DNA of 51,747 bases. It comes from Bacilli bacterium. GTDB taxonomy: Bacteria > Bacillota_I > Bacilli_A > RFN20 > CAG-826. The translations under genes and the position numbers were made by a program. This document shows, piece by piece, positions 23,699 to 32,800 of this stretch (the stretch's first letter is position 1; the number at the start of each line of letters is the position of its first letter). Below the pieces are notes generated by a model. The model made no database searches. It was not told the origin of the DNA and saw nothing but the letters and a program-made list of their open reading frames with translations. Where the stretch lies: the NCBI GenBank assembly GCA_024687185.1, contig JAILEX010000080.1, forward strand, positions 1 to 51,747. The letters run 5' to 3'.

Positions 23699-26035
23699 AT
23701 GGCTATCTTGGTTTCATTATTGACATCGTTAGTTGGAGAAGGGGCTTTTTTCCTGATTTCCTTTCTAAGGAAAAAGATCGACTTCAAGGGAAAATGGCTT
23801 ATGACGGAGATCCAGAACTGGATTCCCTCTTTTTTCTTGCTTTTGATTACCGGCATCATCGTGAACTTCGCCTATGGATCCTATGGGGTTTTAAACGCCT
23901 TATACTTCGCCCTCTCCATAGAGTTCGTTTTGCTTTTGTTCCGTCCTAGCAAGATCGTCGCCTCCTTTAAAAACAAAGAGGCGTTTAAGAAGCCTCACGT
24001 CGGAAGGACATTATCCTTGACGACCTTTATGGTCCTATTGGTCCTAGAGCTATTCCTATTCAACGCCAATAACTTCAATAGCAACCCACAAACCTATAGC
24101 TATTCCTTCTCCGATACCTCCATCACGCTGGAAGGCAACGTGAAAAACCATGGTAACGGATACCTTTTCGAAACCGGCTCTAGCTTCACCGCACAAAATC
24201 CCGATAGGGATAACGTCAACCGCATCTATTTGAAAACCGAGCATAACCGTAGCGACGCCTTCAACGTGAGAATCACCTACACCCACCTTAGCGGCAATAG
24301 CGGCAGCTATACCAAAACGATCAACCCAACCATCCCCGATTCCTGCTACCTTGGCCTAGTAAAAGGCGCCGTCTCCTACAAATTTGAGTTTTTGGAGCCG
24401 ACCCAGCGCATCATAACCGGCGACCACGCCCATGAGGCGAGGACGATCCTAGTGCAGGGGTTCATCTTCCAAGCGCCCATGCCCTTCCATTATGCGGGCA
24501 TAAGGTTCCTGGGCATCGGTTTTGCCTTATCCATCCTCTACCATATCCCCGTCTTCTTACTTCGTTATGACGAACGCAAAAAGGAAGGAAAACGGACGAT
24601 ACAGTACGTGATTTTCGGGGCGGGAATCGTCGCGACTTTCGCTTTCCTCATCTATGCGTTTTTGAATAAGGACCTCTACTTTTCTTCCTATCCGTTAGAG
24701 AAGGATATCCGTTATTACGACATCTATACCCAAAACTTCGATGCACTTGCGAAGGGACAGCTCAATATCGATGTGCCAGATGGCGTGGGCAAACTCTGGG
24801 ACCACGCCTACTATAACGGCAAGGCCTATTCCTATTATGGGGTCGCCCCGATTATATTGGTGTCCTTCCCCTTCTATTTCCTAACGGGGCTTGTGCCCAA
24901 TGCCAGGTTTTTGCAGTTCTTCGCCCTGTTTAGCGAATTGGCGATATTCCTCTCTTGCATCGACCAGGCGTTAAGGGTGCTTGCACCGAAAAGGAACAAG
25001 GCGGCGGAGATATTCGTTTTGGTCGTCTCCTTCTTCACCTGCCTTTCCTTCAACCACGCCTCCGTCAAAGGGTATTACATTTCCGGCAACCCCTATAACC
25101 CCGTCGTGGAAGGCATCTACCATATCCCGACGATCTATGGGCTATTGAACCTATTCGCGTTTTTGTATTTCGCCTTCCTTGCCTTGGAAAGGGAGAGGGA
25201 AAGGCCCGTCACCTTGGCGTTATCGGGTTTCTTCTTCGTGGCGTTAGTCGCCAGTAGGCCAAACCTATCCCTATGTTTGCTTTTCGCCGCGCCCCTATTC
25301 CTAAAGATGCTTTTCCAAAAAGGCAGGGGAAGGAAAAAGATATTGGACTTCACCCCGATGGCGGGGATCCTCCTTGTTGGGGCCATCTTCATCATCCTAT
25401 ATAACGTCAGACGCTTCGATTCGCCCTTCGAATTCGGACAGAAATACCAAAACACGATATCGGACCAAACCGATTTGGGTGTGAAATTAGAGCAGATTTT
25501 GCCCGGCTTGGCCCACTTCCTCTTCAACCCCTTCCAGATTGGTGGCGGCGACTTCCCCTTCATCAAAACGACCAACCCGACCTTCACTAACGTCGCAAAG
25601 GACTATTCCTATTATCTAAACGGCTTTACCGGCATCATGTTCATCCCCTTCTTCTGGATGGGTTTGCTTATGCCCTTCACCATCAAGAAAAAGGGAGACT
25701 GGTTCTTGCAGTCCTCCCTAATCGCCATGCCGATAGCGATATTGGCGTTATGCGTGTTGACCTATTCCTACGCGGGCCTATGCCCAAGGTATATGATCGA
25801 AATCTACGCCATAACCTCCTTCTTTGCCGCCATTAGCGTATTCCTTTTCCTGGAAAGGGAGAAAACCAACGGCTCGAAAAGGGAAATCGTGGTTCCGATT
25901 GTCGCAGTCACGGGGCTTATCAGCATCTTCATCGGGCTCAACTTCGGCTTCGGTAGCTTCGATGGTTTCCGCGAAGGCGATGCCTTAGGCATCTATTATC
26001 TATTAAAGGAAGGCTTCCTAGGCAATAACCTATAA
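23699..26035 (+). CDS. Large polytopic membrane protein with extracytoplasmic beta-rich domain; putative GT-C-fold glycosyltransferase
   Basis: 778 aa. It has 2-3 N-terminal TM helices, a hydrophilic beta-rich segment of about 140 aa (NPQTYSYSFSDTSITLEGNVKNHGNGYLFETGSS...RITYTHLSG) and then at least 10 TM helices. A loop motif WDHAYYNGKAYSYYGVAP is present. The start is uncertain: 23699, or MTEIQNW at 23801. Confidence 0.45.
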   Translation: MAILVSLLTSLVGEGAFFLISFLRKKIDFKGKWLMTEIQNWIPSFFLLLITGIIVNFAYGSYGVLNALYFALSIEFVLLLFRPSKIVASFKNKEAFKKPHVGRTLSLTTFMVLLVLELFLFNANNFNSNPQTYSYSFSDTSITLEGNVKNHGNGYLFETGSSFTAQNPDRDNVNRIYLKTEHNRSDAFNVRITYTHLSGNSGSYTKTINPTIPDSCYLGLVKGAVSYKFEFLEPTQRIITGDHAHEARTILVQGFIFQAPMPFHYAGIRFLGIGFALSILYHIPVFLLRYDERKKEGKRTIQYVIFGAGIVATFAFLIYAFLNKDLYFSSYPLEKDIRYYDIYTQNFDALAKGQLNIDVPDGVGKLWDHAYYNGKAYSYYGVAPIILVSFPFYFLTGLVPNARFLQFFALFSELAIFLSCIDQALRVLAPKRNKAAEIFVLVVSFFTCLSFNHASVKGYYISGNPYNPVVEGIYHIPTIYGLLNLFAFLYFAFLALERERERPVTLALSGFFFVALVASRPNLSLCLLFAAPLFLKMLFQKGRGRKKILDFTPMAGILLVGAIFIILYNVRRFDSPFEFGQKYQNTISDQTDLGVKLEQILPGLAHFLFNPFQIGGGDFPFIKTTNPTFTNVAKDYSYYLNGFTGIMFIPFFWMGLLMPFTIKKKGDWFLQSSLIAMPIAILALCVLTYSYAGLCPRYMIEIYAITSFFAAISVFLFLEREKTNGSKREIVVPIVAVTGLISIFIGLNFGFGSFDGFREGDALGIYYLLKEGFLGNNL

Positions 26036-26043
26036 GGAAATGA

Positions 26044-28116
26044 CTATTCGGTTGCCGCGTCTAGATTCGCGGCTTTTTCTTCATTTCTTTTGCGGTAGAT
26101 ATATCCGCCTACGCCCATAAGGGGCAACAAGCTAACGGAGATATAGAAGAAAGGACGGGCGACGCGGAAGGAGGTTGGGTTATCGTAGGTCAAGGTTGCC
26201 GTATAGCTGCCCTTTTTGACGTGGAAGGCCACAAGTCCATCGGCGTATTCGCCTTCGATTTTGTATTCTCTATCGCCGGTTAGGGTAAGGTGGTAGCCGC
26301 TATAGTAGAATTGCGGCAACTGCACAAACCCTTCCTCGCTAATAACGGATAAATCGAAGGTGGCGTTAGGGATATTTAGCGAGGTGATGTTCATTTCCCC
26401 TTCCCCTTCGATGAAGGCGGGGGTACGGTATTCTTCAATGGTGTAGGCGAAATCGTGGGTGGAGGTAAGTTCCTTTTTCACCTCTTGGTAGAGGCCGTTA
26501 GGATATTTTGGCGAATAGCTTTCATAGAAGCATCTGGGCGCGTATTCGCTTTGCCATCCTACCCTATCGAGCTTCCTAACGTATCCCAAAGTAGGTTCTT
26601 CCGAATAGCCTCTCCAGGCATAGTAATTGGTCCTCTTCGTGACCATTGGCATGCATACGACGAGTAGGAAAAAGCTCGAAAGCAAGACCCCCTCCTGCAC
26701 GTATTTGCTTTTGGCAAAGGGTTTTAGGAGGATGCAGACGATGACGGTAAGTAACGGAACGAATATGGCCCATGAACGGAAGGTGAATTGACTCATTAGG
26801 AATATCTCGGGCACTATCTTCCAGATGAAGGCCGTCCAAATCAAAAGCATTTCGAAGATCAAAACGAGGATAAGGCCATAGACCTCGGTTTGCTTTGGAA
26901 GCCTTTTGGCTAAGGAAAGCATCTCCTCCCTATCCTTAATTTCCTTTTCCTGGAAATGGGTGAATAGCAAACAAACGCCGAAAAAGACGCTGGCCATGAC
27001 ATATTCTTCGCGATGGAGGAAGACTAGGGGAAGAATGATGACGGCGATGGAAGAAAGGAGGGCGAAGATGGGCCGACCCTTCTTTTCCAAATAGTTGAGC
27101 AAGAAAATGGATACGCCGCCGCAAAAGGGGAATAACAGCATTTCGCTGATCCAACTTGCGGCGCTATCGCCGAAAAGCTTGGTTTGGGTCTCTAACCAGT
27201 TGAAATTCAAAAAGCCCGATTTCGTCCATCTTCCATCTAGGGTGGAGATCAAATAGTCGCGGTTAGTGAGCATCCTGGAGTTATTGGAGATGTTATAGAG
27301 CTCGCTTCCGGTCGCTTCTAGCATCGGGAACAAATAGAAGGCGACCAAGCCAAGTATCAGCAAAAGCGAAACGGGTACGGCGACCCATGTCTGCTTCCTT
27401 TTGACCACGTTCCATAATTTAATCGGCGAGAAGACGATGATGGCCACCGCCGCAATCGCGGATAGTAGCGCGGTATAGGGATGGCTTAACACCAAACCCG
27501 CGGAGGCGATGATCGCGGAGATATAGGAACTTACGCGGAAGCTATCGTCATTGAGGATGGAATAGACCCCATAGAAAAGCATGGGAACAAAGGAAATGGC
27601 GAATCCTTCGCAAATCGCATCCCTTCCGATTAGGTCATAGATTCGGTAGGGGAAGAAGATGAAGGCGATGCCGGCGGCGAATCCCAAAGCCCTATTGCCG
27701 GTGATCCTTTTGCCCAATAGATAGGAAAATAGGGCCCCGACATAGGTAATGACGATGGTGCCGACCTTGATCGCGGTCACTATGGGCATATTGAAGATAA
27801 AGACCAATAGGCCAATGAATACGTGGGGAAGGGGAGAATAGAAAAGGTAGATGTTATACCCGGAGGTCCCTAGGAAATTATGGCCGCCGTTGATTCCATA
27901 GAAGCCATTCCTCCAGCCATAGACCAAATCGAAGATATAGGACTTATGCCAAATGATGTCATCGCCGTTAGGATAGCCGGGATAGCGGAAGAAAATAACG
28001 AAGGGGAGGAAGGATAGGAAAAACAAAAGAAATGGGAAAACGTCGATTTTCCTGATTCTTTTTATTAGCGCATCCTTTTGGAAGGCCGAGGCGATTTTAT
28101 TGATTGCGTCCTTCAT
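26044..28116 (-). CDS. Large polytopic membrane protein, YfhO/GT-C-like glycosyltransferase
   Basis: 690 aa. The first-loop acidic motif is YPNGDDIIWH. About 12 TM helices are followed by a C-terminal extracytoplasmic beta domain and a final TM helix (FFYISVSLLPLMGVGGYIY), an organisation typical of YfhO-like proteins. Its start overlaps the GT2 gene by 20 nt. Confidence 0.5.
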   Translation of the reverse strand: MKDAINKIASAFQKDALIKRIRKIDVFPFLLFFLSFLPFVIFFRYPGYPNGDDIIWHKSYIFDLVYGWRNGFYGINGGHNFLGTSGYNIYLFYSPLPHVFIGLLVFIFNMPIVTAIKVGTIVITYVGALFSYLLGKRITGNRALGFAAGIAFIFFPYRIYDLIGRDAICEGFAISFVPMLFYGVYSILNDDSFRVSSYISAIIASAGLVLSHPYTALLSAIAAVAIIVFSPIKLWNVVKRKQTWVAVPVSLLLILGLVAFYLFPMLEATGSELYNISNNSRMLTNRDYLISTLDGRWTKSGFLNFNWLETQTKLFGDSAASWISEMLLFPFCGGVSIFLLNYLEKKGRPIFALLSSIAVIILPLVFLHREEYVMASVFFGVCLLFTHFQEKEIKDREEMLSLAKRLPKQTEVYGLILVLIFEMLLIWTAFIWKIVPEIFLMSQFTFRSWAIFVPLLTVIVCILLKPFAKSKYVQEGVLLSSFFLLVVCMPMVTKRTNYYAWRGYSEEPTLGYVRKLDRVGWQSEYAPRCFYESYSPKYPNGLYQEVKKELTSTHDFAYTIEEYRTPAFIEGEGEMNITSLNIPNATFDLSVISEEGFVQLPQFYYSGYHLTLTGDREYKIEGEYADGLVAFHVKKGSYTATLTYDNPTSFRVARPFFYISVSLLPLMGVGGYIYRKRNEEKAANLDAATE

Positions 28117-29047
28117 TCCTCTCTTCCGCCGCGAGGCGGTTCCTTTCGTTTTGGAAGCGCATTTTGTCGGCTTTGCGCAACGAATTGAGGATCATGCCGA
28201 GGAATACTAACAGCATGCTGGCAAGATAGACGAAGCAACATACGATGAGAGTGGGGAAACGCTCCACGATGCCGGTTTTGAAATAGTCGATGAAAATGGG
28301 GACGATAAAACCGGTTGCAAGGGCAAAAAGAATGAGGGCGTATATCAAATAATGGGAAAATGGCTTGTATCTGCGGTGGAAGCTATAGATAGTGGCTAAG
28401 ACCTTGAATCCGTCTTTGAAGGTATTGAGTTTGGATACGCTGCCCGCGGGGCGGTCGCGGTATTCGATTGTCATCGTGTCGACCTTGAAGTTCTGGTCGA
28501 GGGCGAAGATGGACATCTCCGTTTCGATTTCAAACCCGCCCGAAAGGATGGGGAAGGATTTGACGAAGCCATAGGAGAAAGCGCGGTAGCCCGTCATGAT
28601 GTCCTTGATCTTCCCATGGAAGAAAAGGTTGACCGAGGCGCGGACCAAATTGTTGCCCGCGTTATGGAAAGCACGTTTGTTCTCGGTGTAATAATCGCCG
28701 GACAATCTATCTCCGACGACCATGTCGGCTTCATGGTTCAGGATCTTATCCACCATTTTCCTGGCGCTGCCTAGATCATAGGTATCGTCGCCATCCACCA
28801 TAATATAGCAATGGGCGTCGATGTCGCGGAACATGGAGGAAATGACGTTGCCTTTGCCTTGGCGGGATTCCTTCCTAACGATCGCGCCATGTTCCAAGGC
28901 AATTTCGGCGGTACGATCGGTGCAGTTGTTGTCATAGACGTAAATAACCGCTTCGGGCAAAGCCTTGCGGGCGTCATCGATCACTTTTCCGATGGTCAAT
29001 TCTTCGTTATAGCAGGGAATTAAAACCGCGATGTCATCCATAATCAT
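28097..29047 (-). CDS. GT2 glycosyltransferase, polyprenyl-phosphate sugar synthase type (GtrB/CsbB-like)
   Basis: IAVLIPCYNEELTIGKVI, VYDNNCTDRT and the DxD region MVDGDDTY are present, followed by two C-terminal TM helices. The functional start may be the second ATG at 29041 (see the promoter feature). Confidence 0.85.
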   Translation of the reverse strand: MIMDDIAVLIPCYNEELTIGKVIDDARKALPEAVIYVYDNNCTDRTAEIALEHGAIVRKESRQGKGNVISSMFRDIDAHCYIMVDGDDTYDLGSARKMVDKILNHEADMVVGDRLSGDYYTENKRAFHNAGNNLVRASVNLFFHGKIKDIMTGYRAFSYGFVKSFPILSGGFEIETEMSIFALDQNFKVDTMTIEYRDRPAGSVSKLNTFKDGFKVLATIYSFHRRYKPFSHYLIYALILFALATGFIVPIFIDYFKTGIVERFPTLIVCCFVYLASMLLVFLGMILNSLRKADKMRFQNERNRLAAEERNEGRNQ

Positions 29048-29049
29048 TG

Positions 29050-29078
29050 ATTATAGCCGTTGTTAGGGGTCTTTCCAA
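29050..29078 (-). promoter_or_regulatory. Near-consensus sigma-A promoter of the GT2/GT-C operon (predicts a leaderless mRNA)
   Basis: On the minus strand, TTGGAA (29078-29073), a 17-nt spacer and TATAAT (29055-29050) form the promoter. ATG codons begin 3 nt and 9 nt after the -10 hexamer, and no SD is present. Confidence 0.55.
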
Positions 29079-29087
29079 TAAAGGAAA

Positions 29088-29123
29088 GGCCCTCTTCCGA
29101 AAGGGGGGAGGTAGAAGAGGGCC
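29088..29123 (-). terminator. Terminator after the carbonic anhydrase gene
   Basis: A 10-bp stem pairs GGCCCTCTTC (29088-29097) with GAAGAGGGCC (29114-29123). On the minus strand it is followed by TTTCCTTTATT. Confidence 0.55.
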
Positions 29124-29142
29124 AGGGGGAGGAGGATTGCTC

Positions 29143-29682
29143 CTAATTAAGCCAGTTTACCAAACCAGAGCGGATGTCGTATATCGCGCCTTCCACCGTG
29201 GTGCCAGGAAACCTTTCCTTAAGTAGTCTTACGCCGAAATTCACGTTATTGATCTCGGCCTTCCTAGGATCGTTTTCGCCGGCAACTCCTTCTTTGACAA
29301 AGCCAAGCAACTTTGCCAGGTTAGGATCTTTGGCACATTTAAGCACACTATCGACCGCCCCGCAACGGGTGTGGCCCAAAACCAGGATATAGCCAACATG
29401 GAGATGGTCCACGGCATAGGCAACGGATGATATCTCGCCTTCTAGTAGCGCCTGCCCGGCGCTTCTAATGGTGAATAGTTCCCCTAGGCCCGCGGAAAAG
29501 GCGGCTTCTGGGTTGACTCTGGAGTCACTGCAGGCAATGACAACGGCATAGGGGGATTGGCCGTTTTCATTGAGGTATTCCCTTAATTCCTCGCTGGTAT
29601 CTAGCGTTGAAAAAAGAGAGGCAACGTATTTTTTGTTCCCTTTTTCCAAGCGGGAACGGACTTCGTCGGGACTTAGATTCAT
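29143..29682 (-). CDS. Beta-class carbonic anhydrase
   Basis: The zinc-ligand motifs are VIACSDSRV and LGHTRCGAV. Confidence 0.88.
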   Translation of the reverse strand: MNLSPDEVRSRLEKGNKKYVASLFSTLDTSEELREYLNENGQSPYAVVIACSDSRVNPEAAFSAGLGELFTIRSAGQALLEGEISSVAYAVDHLHVGYILVLGHTRCGAVDSVLKCAKDPNLAKLLGFVKEGVAGENDPRKAEINNVNFGVRLLKERFPGTTVEGAIYDIRSGLVNWLN

Positions 29683-29732
29683 GATACTAATCTTAGCGCA
29701 AAGAACGGGTGAATAGGGGAAGGGAAAGCAAG

Positions 29733-29760
29733 AAAAAAGGCAGATCGTCTTCCGTCTGCC
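29733..29760 (-). terminator. Rho-independent terminator after tRNA-Pro / polC operon
   Basis: The stem pairs GGCAGA (29739-29744) with TCTGCC (29755-29760). On the minus strand it is followed by TTTTTT. Confidence 0.6.
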
Positions 29761-29776
29761 CCTTTTGGTGAAACAA

Positions 29777-29853
29777 TGGTCGGAACGGCGGGACTTGAAC
29801 CCGCGACCTCCTGGTCCCGAACCAGGCGCACTACCAAGCTGTGCTACGTCCCG
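29777..29853 (-). tRNA. tRNA-Pro (anticodon CGG), CCA encoded
   Basis: The reverse complement is CGGGACGTAGCACAGCTTGGTAGTGCGCCTGGTTCGGGACCAGGAGGTCGCGGGTTCAAGTCCCGCCGTTCCGACCA. The anticodon stem is CCTGG/CCAGG and the loop is TTCGGGA. Confidence 0.92.
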
Positions 29854-29888
29854 ACATCCGCGAAATCGCGGGTGTAAGTATAGACTTG

Positions 29889-32800
29889 CTAATCGAGAAA
29901 TTCAAATAGGGACATCTGGTTGGTATCGCTTAGCGGTTCCATGCCACCGATGTCGATCAAGCCCTCGACGTTGGTCTTGGAGAGTTTGGTGTTTTGGAGC
30001 AGGTCTTCCTTGGAATAGAAATGGATGCCCTTCTTCCTTGCTTCGACGATGGAATTTCCGGCGGCGACGCCTAGGCCATCGATGACGGAGAAAGGCGGGA
30101 TGAGGGAGTTATGCTCATGGTCGGGGATAAACATCTTGCCATCGCTCTTATAGAGGTCGATTGGTGAGAAAGAGAAGCCTCTTTCGACCATTTCGAGCGC
30201 GATTTGCAGGGTTTTTAGGATATTTGACTCCTTATTGGAAAGAGGATTGTCGCGGCTCATCCTTCTGGCATCGAGTTCCTTATATCTAGTCTTGATGGCG
30301 TTTTCGCCTTCGATCATGGTCTTGATATCCCAAGCGTCGCTTCTAATGGAGAAGAAGACGCTATAGAACTCAAGCGGACGGTAGAGTTTGAACCAGGCGA
30401 CGCGGACGGCCATCATGACATACGCGGTAGCGTGGCCTCTTGGGAAGAGGTATTTGATCTTGCGGCAGGAATCGATATACCACTCAGGGATATGGGCCGC
30501 CTGCATGACGGGGACGAAGGCTTCTTCGCTTTTGGAGAATTTGCCCTTACGGATCGTTTCCATCATCTTGAAGGCAAGGCCGTTTTCGATGCCTTGGGAG
30601 ATCAAATAGGTCATGATATCGTCACGGCATCCGATGACGCCGTTGATGTCGGTGGTGCCGCTGGTGATGAGGTCTTCGGCATTGCCACTCCATACGTCGG
30701 TACCATGGGCCAAGCCAGAGATGATCAATAGATCGTTGAAGCATTTGGGCTGGGCGACCGTCAACATTTGTTGGGCCAAGTGGGTCCCGAATTCGGGGAT
30801 CGCGGAGACGCCGGTTTTTAATCCAAGGAAGTTCTCCCTAAGTTTAAGTTCGTTAGGTGAGGTGAACAAAGACAAGACACGGGGGTCGTTCATCGGAATC
30901 GACTCGATGGGAACGCCCGTGATATCGCGGTAATACCTCATGGCCATGGGGTCGACGTGACCCAAAATATCGAGCTTTAATAGCTCGTCGTGCATGGCAT
31001 GATAGTCATAGTGGGTGGTAAGCCATTCGGAGTTGATGTCATCGGCAGGGTGTTGATAGGCCGTGAAGTCGGTGATGTCATGTTCCTTCGGGACGACCAC
31101 GATGCCCCCTGGATGCTGGCCGGTAGTGCGTTTGACGCCTTGCACCTTGCTTGCCAAATAGTTGATCCATTGCGGGTTGACGCTATTTTCATCCACACCT
31201 TTGATGCGGTAGAACTGCTTGACAAAGCCGAAAGCCGTCTTCTCGGCGACGGTTTCGATGGTGCCGGCGCGGAAGACTTTGTCTGCGCCAAGGAGGATCT
31301 TGGTGTAATTGTGGGCCTTCTTCTGGGATTCATCCTCGAAATTGAGGTCGATATCGGGGACCTTTTCGGCATTGAAGCCCAAGAAGGTTTGGAAAGGAAT
31401 GTTCTGGCCGTCCGCCTTTAGCTTTTCGCCGCAGCAGGGGCAGGTTTTATCGGGCAGGTCAAAGCCGGATTTGTATTTCTTCTTGTCACCCCATTCGAAA
31501 TAGTGGCATTTGGGGCATAGATAATGCGGGGCGAGGGCGTTTACCTCGGTGATATCGGCCATGGTGGCGGCGAAAGAGCTGCCGACGGAGCCACGGCTTC
31601 CTACGATATAGTGCTCAGGTTCCTCCCCGGCCATCTTGATGAGACAATGGGCGATATAGTAGGTGACGGCGTAGCCGTTGCCGATGATACCGTCAAGTTC
31701 CCTAAGAAGCCTTTGGTGGACCTCTTCGATCCTTTTTTGGACTTCGGGGTCGGGGTTGCCGCAATAGCGGTCTTGGAAGTTCTTCTCGCAAAGGTCGCGG
31801 AGGATCTTTTCGGAATTGGGAAGGTTTGCGTTCGGTGTGAAGGTCTCATCGCTTACGGGGACGGGCTCGGTCGTGATTTGATCGGCCACCCAATTGGAGT
31901 TCTTGATTACGATTTCACGCGCATATTCTTCGCCAAGCCAAGGGATAAACGCATCTAGCATCTCCCTAGTGGAACGGAAATGCTGATTCGGGTTCTCAAA
32001 CCAGGGCATGTTGTCCCTTCTTGGCCTCCAAAGGGGATGATTGCGGTTGCCAATGGATTTGGCGGTGATGTAGATATCGCGGATGATCTTATCCTCGGGG
32101 TTGCAATAATGGACGTCGCCGGTGGCAACGACTGGCTTTCCAGCAAGCTTTGCCGCCTCGATGATGGAACTAAGGATTTCCTTAAGCTGTTCCTCGGAAC
32201 GGATTTCACCCATGTTGATGAGGTTGGAATAGCAATCCAAGGGTTGGATTTCGACGAAATCGTAGAATTCGATGGCCTTGGCCAAGGTTTCCACGGATTC
32301 GCTTTGCGCCATTTGGAAGATCTCGCCGTTTTGGCAAGCCGTTCCGATAAGGAGATCCTTGCGGTACTTCTCAAGTAGATAACGCGGGGTGCGGGGCAAT
32401 AGGGGGTTGCCCGAGAGGAAATCGGTCTCGCCCAAGGAGACGATTTTATTTACCGAGCGTAGGCCTTCCGCGTTTTTGACCAAGACGGTCGCGTGTTTTT
32501 CGCGCAAATGACCGACATAGGAATTGAAGGTGCGGAACTGCGCCTGATACTTCTCGGGATCGCTTTCCTTTAATTCTGGGTTTGGTGGATCGATGGTCAG
32601 TTTGTCGATGTCGCAATGCCTGATGCCCGGAATCCTTTCCTCGAGGATTGGCAAAATAACCTGCCAGCCATCGTTAAGCTTGGTGGCGTCATAGATGGCT
32701 TCGTGGGCGTCTTCCTTCGAATAGGTATAGACGCCTAAGTTCTTTAACATGGCCTCTTCCCTATGGATTGCCTTTTCGGGGAAAAGATAATGGGAGATGG

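Noticed and set aside
29765-30085. 106-aa plus-strand ORF
   Set aside because: It runs antisense through tRNA-Pro and the polC 3' end. The R-rich sequence is typical of a spurious frame.
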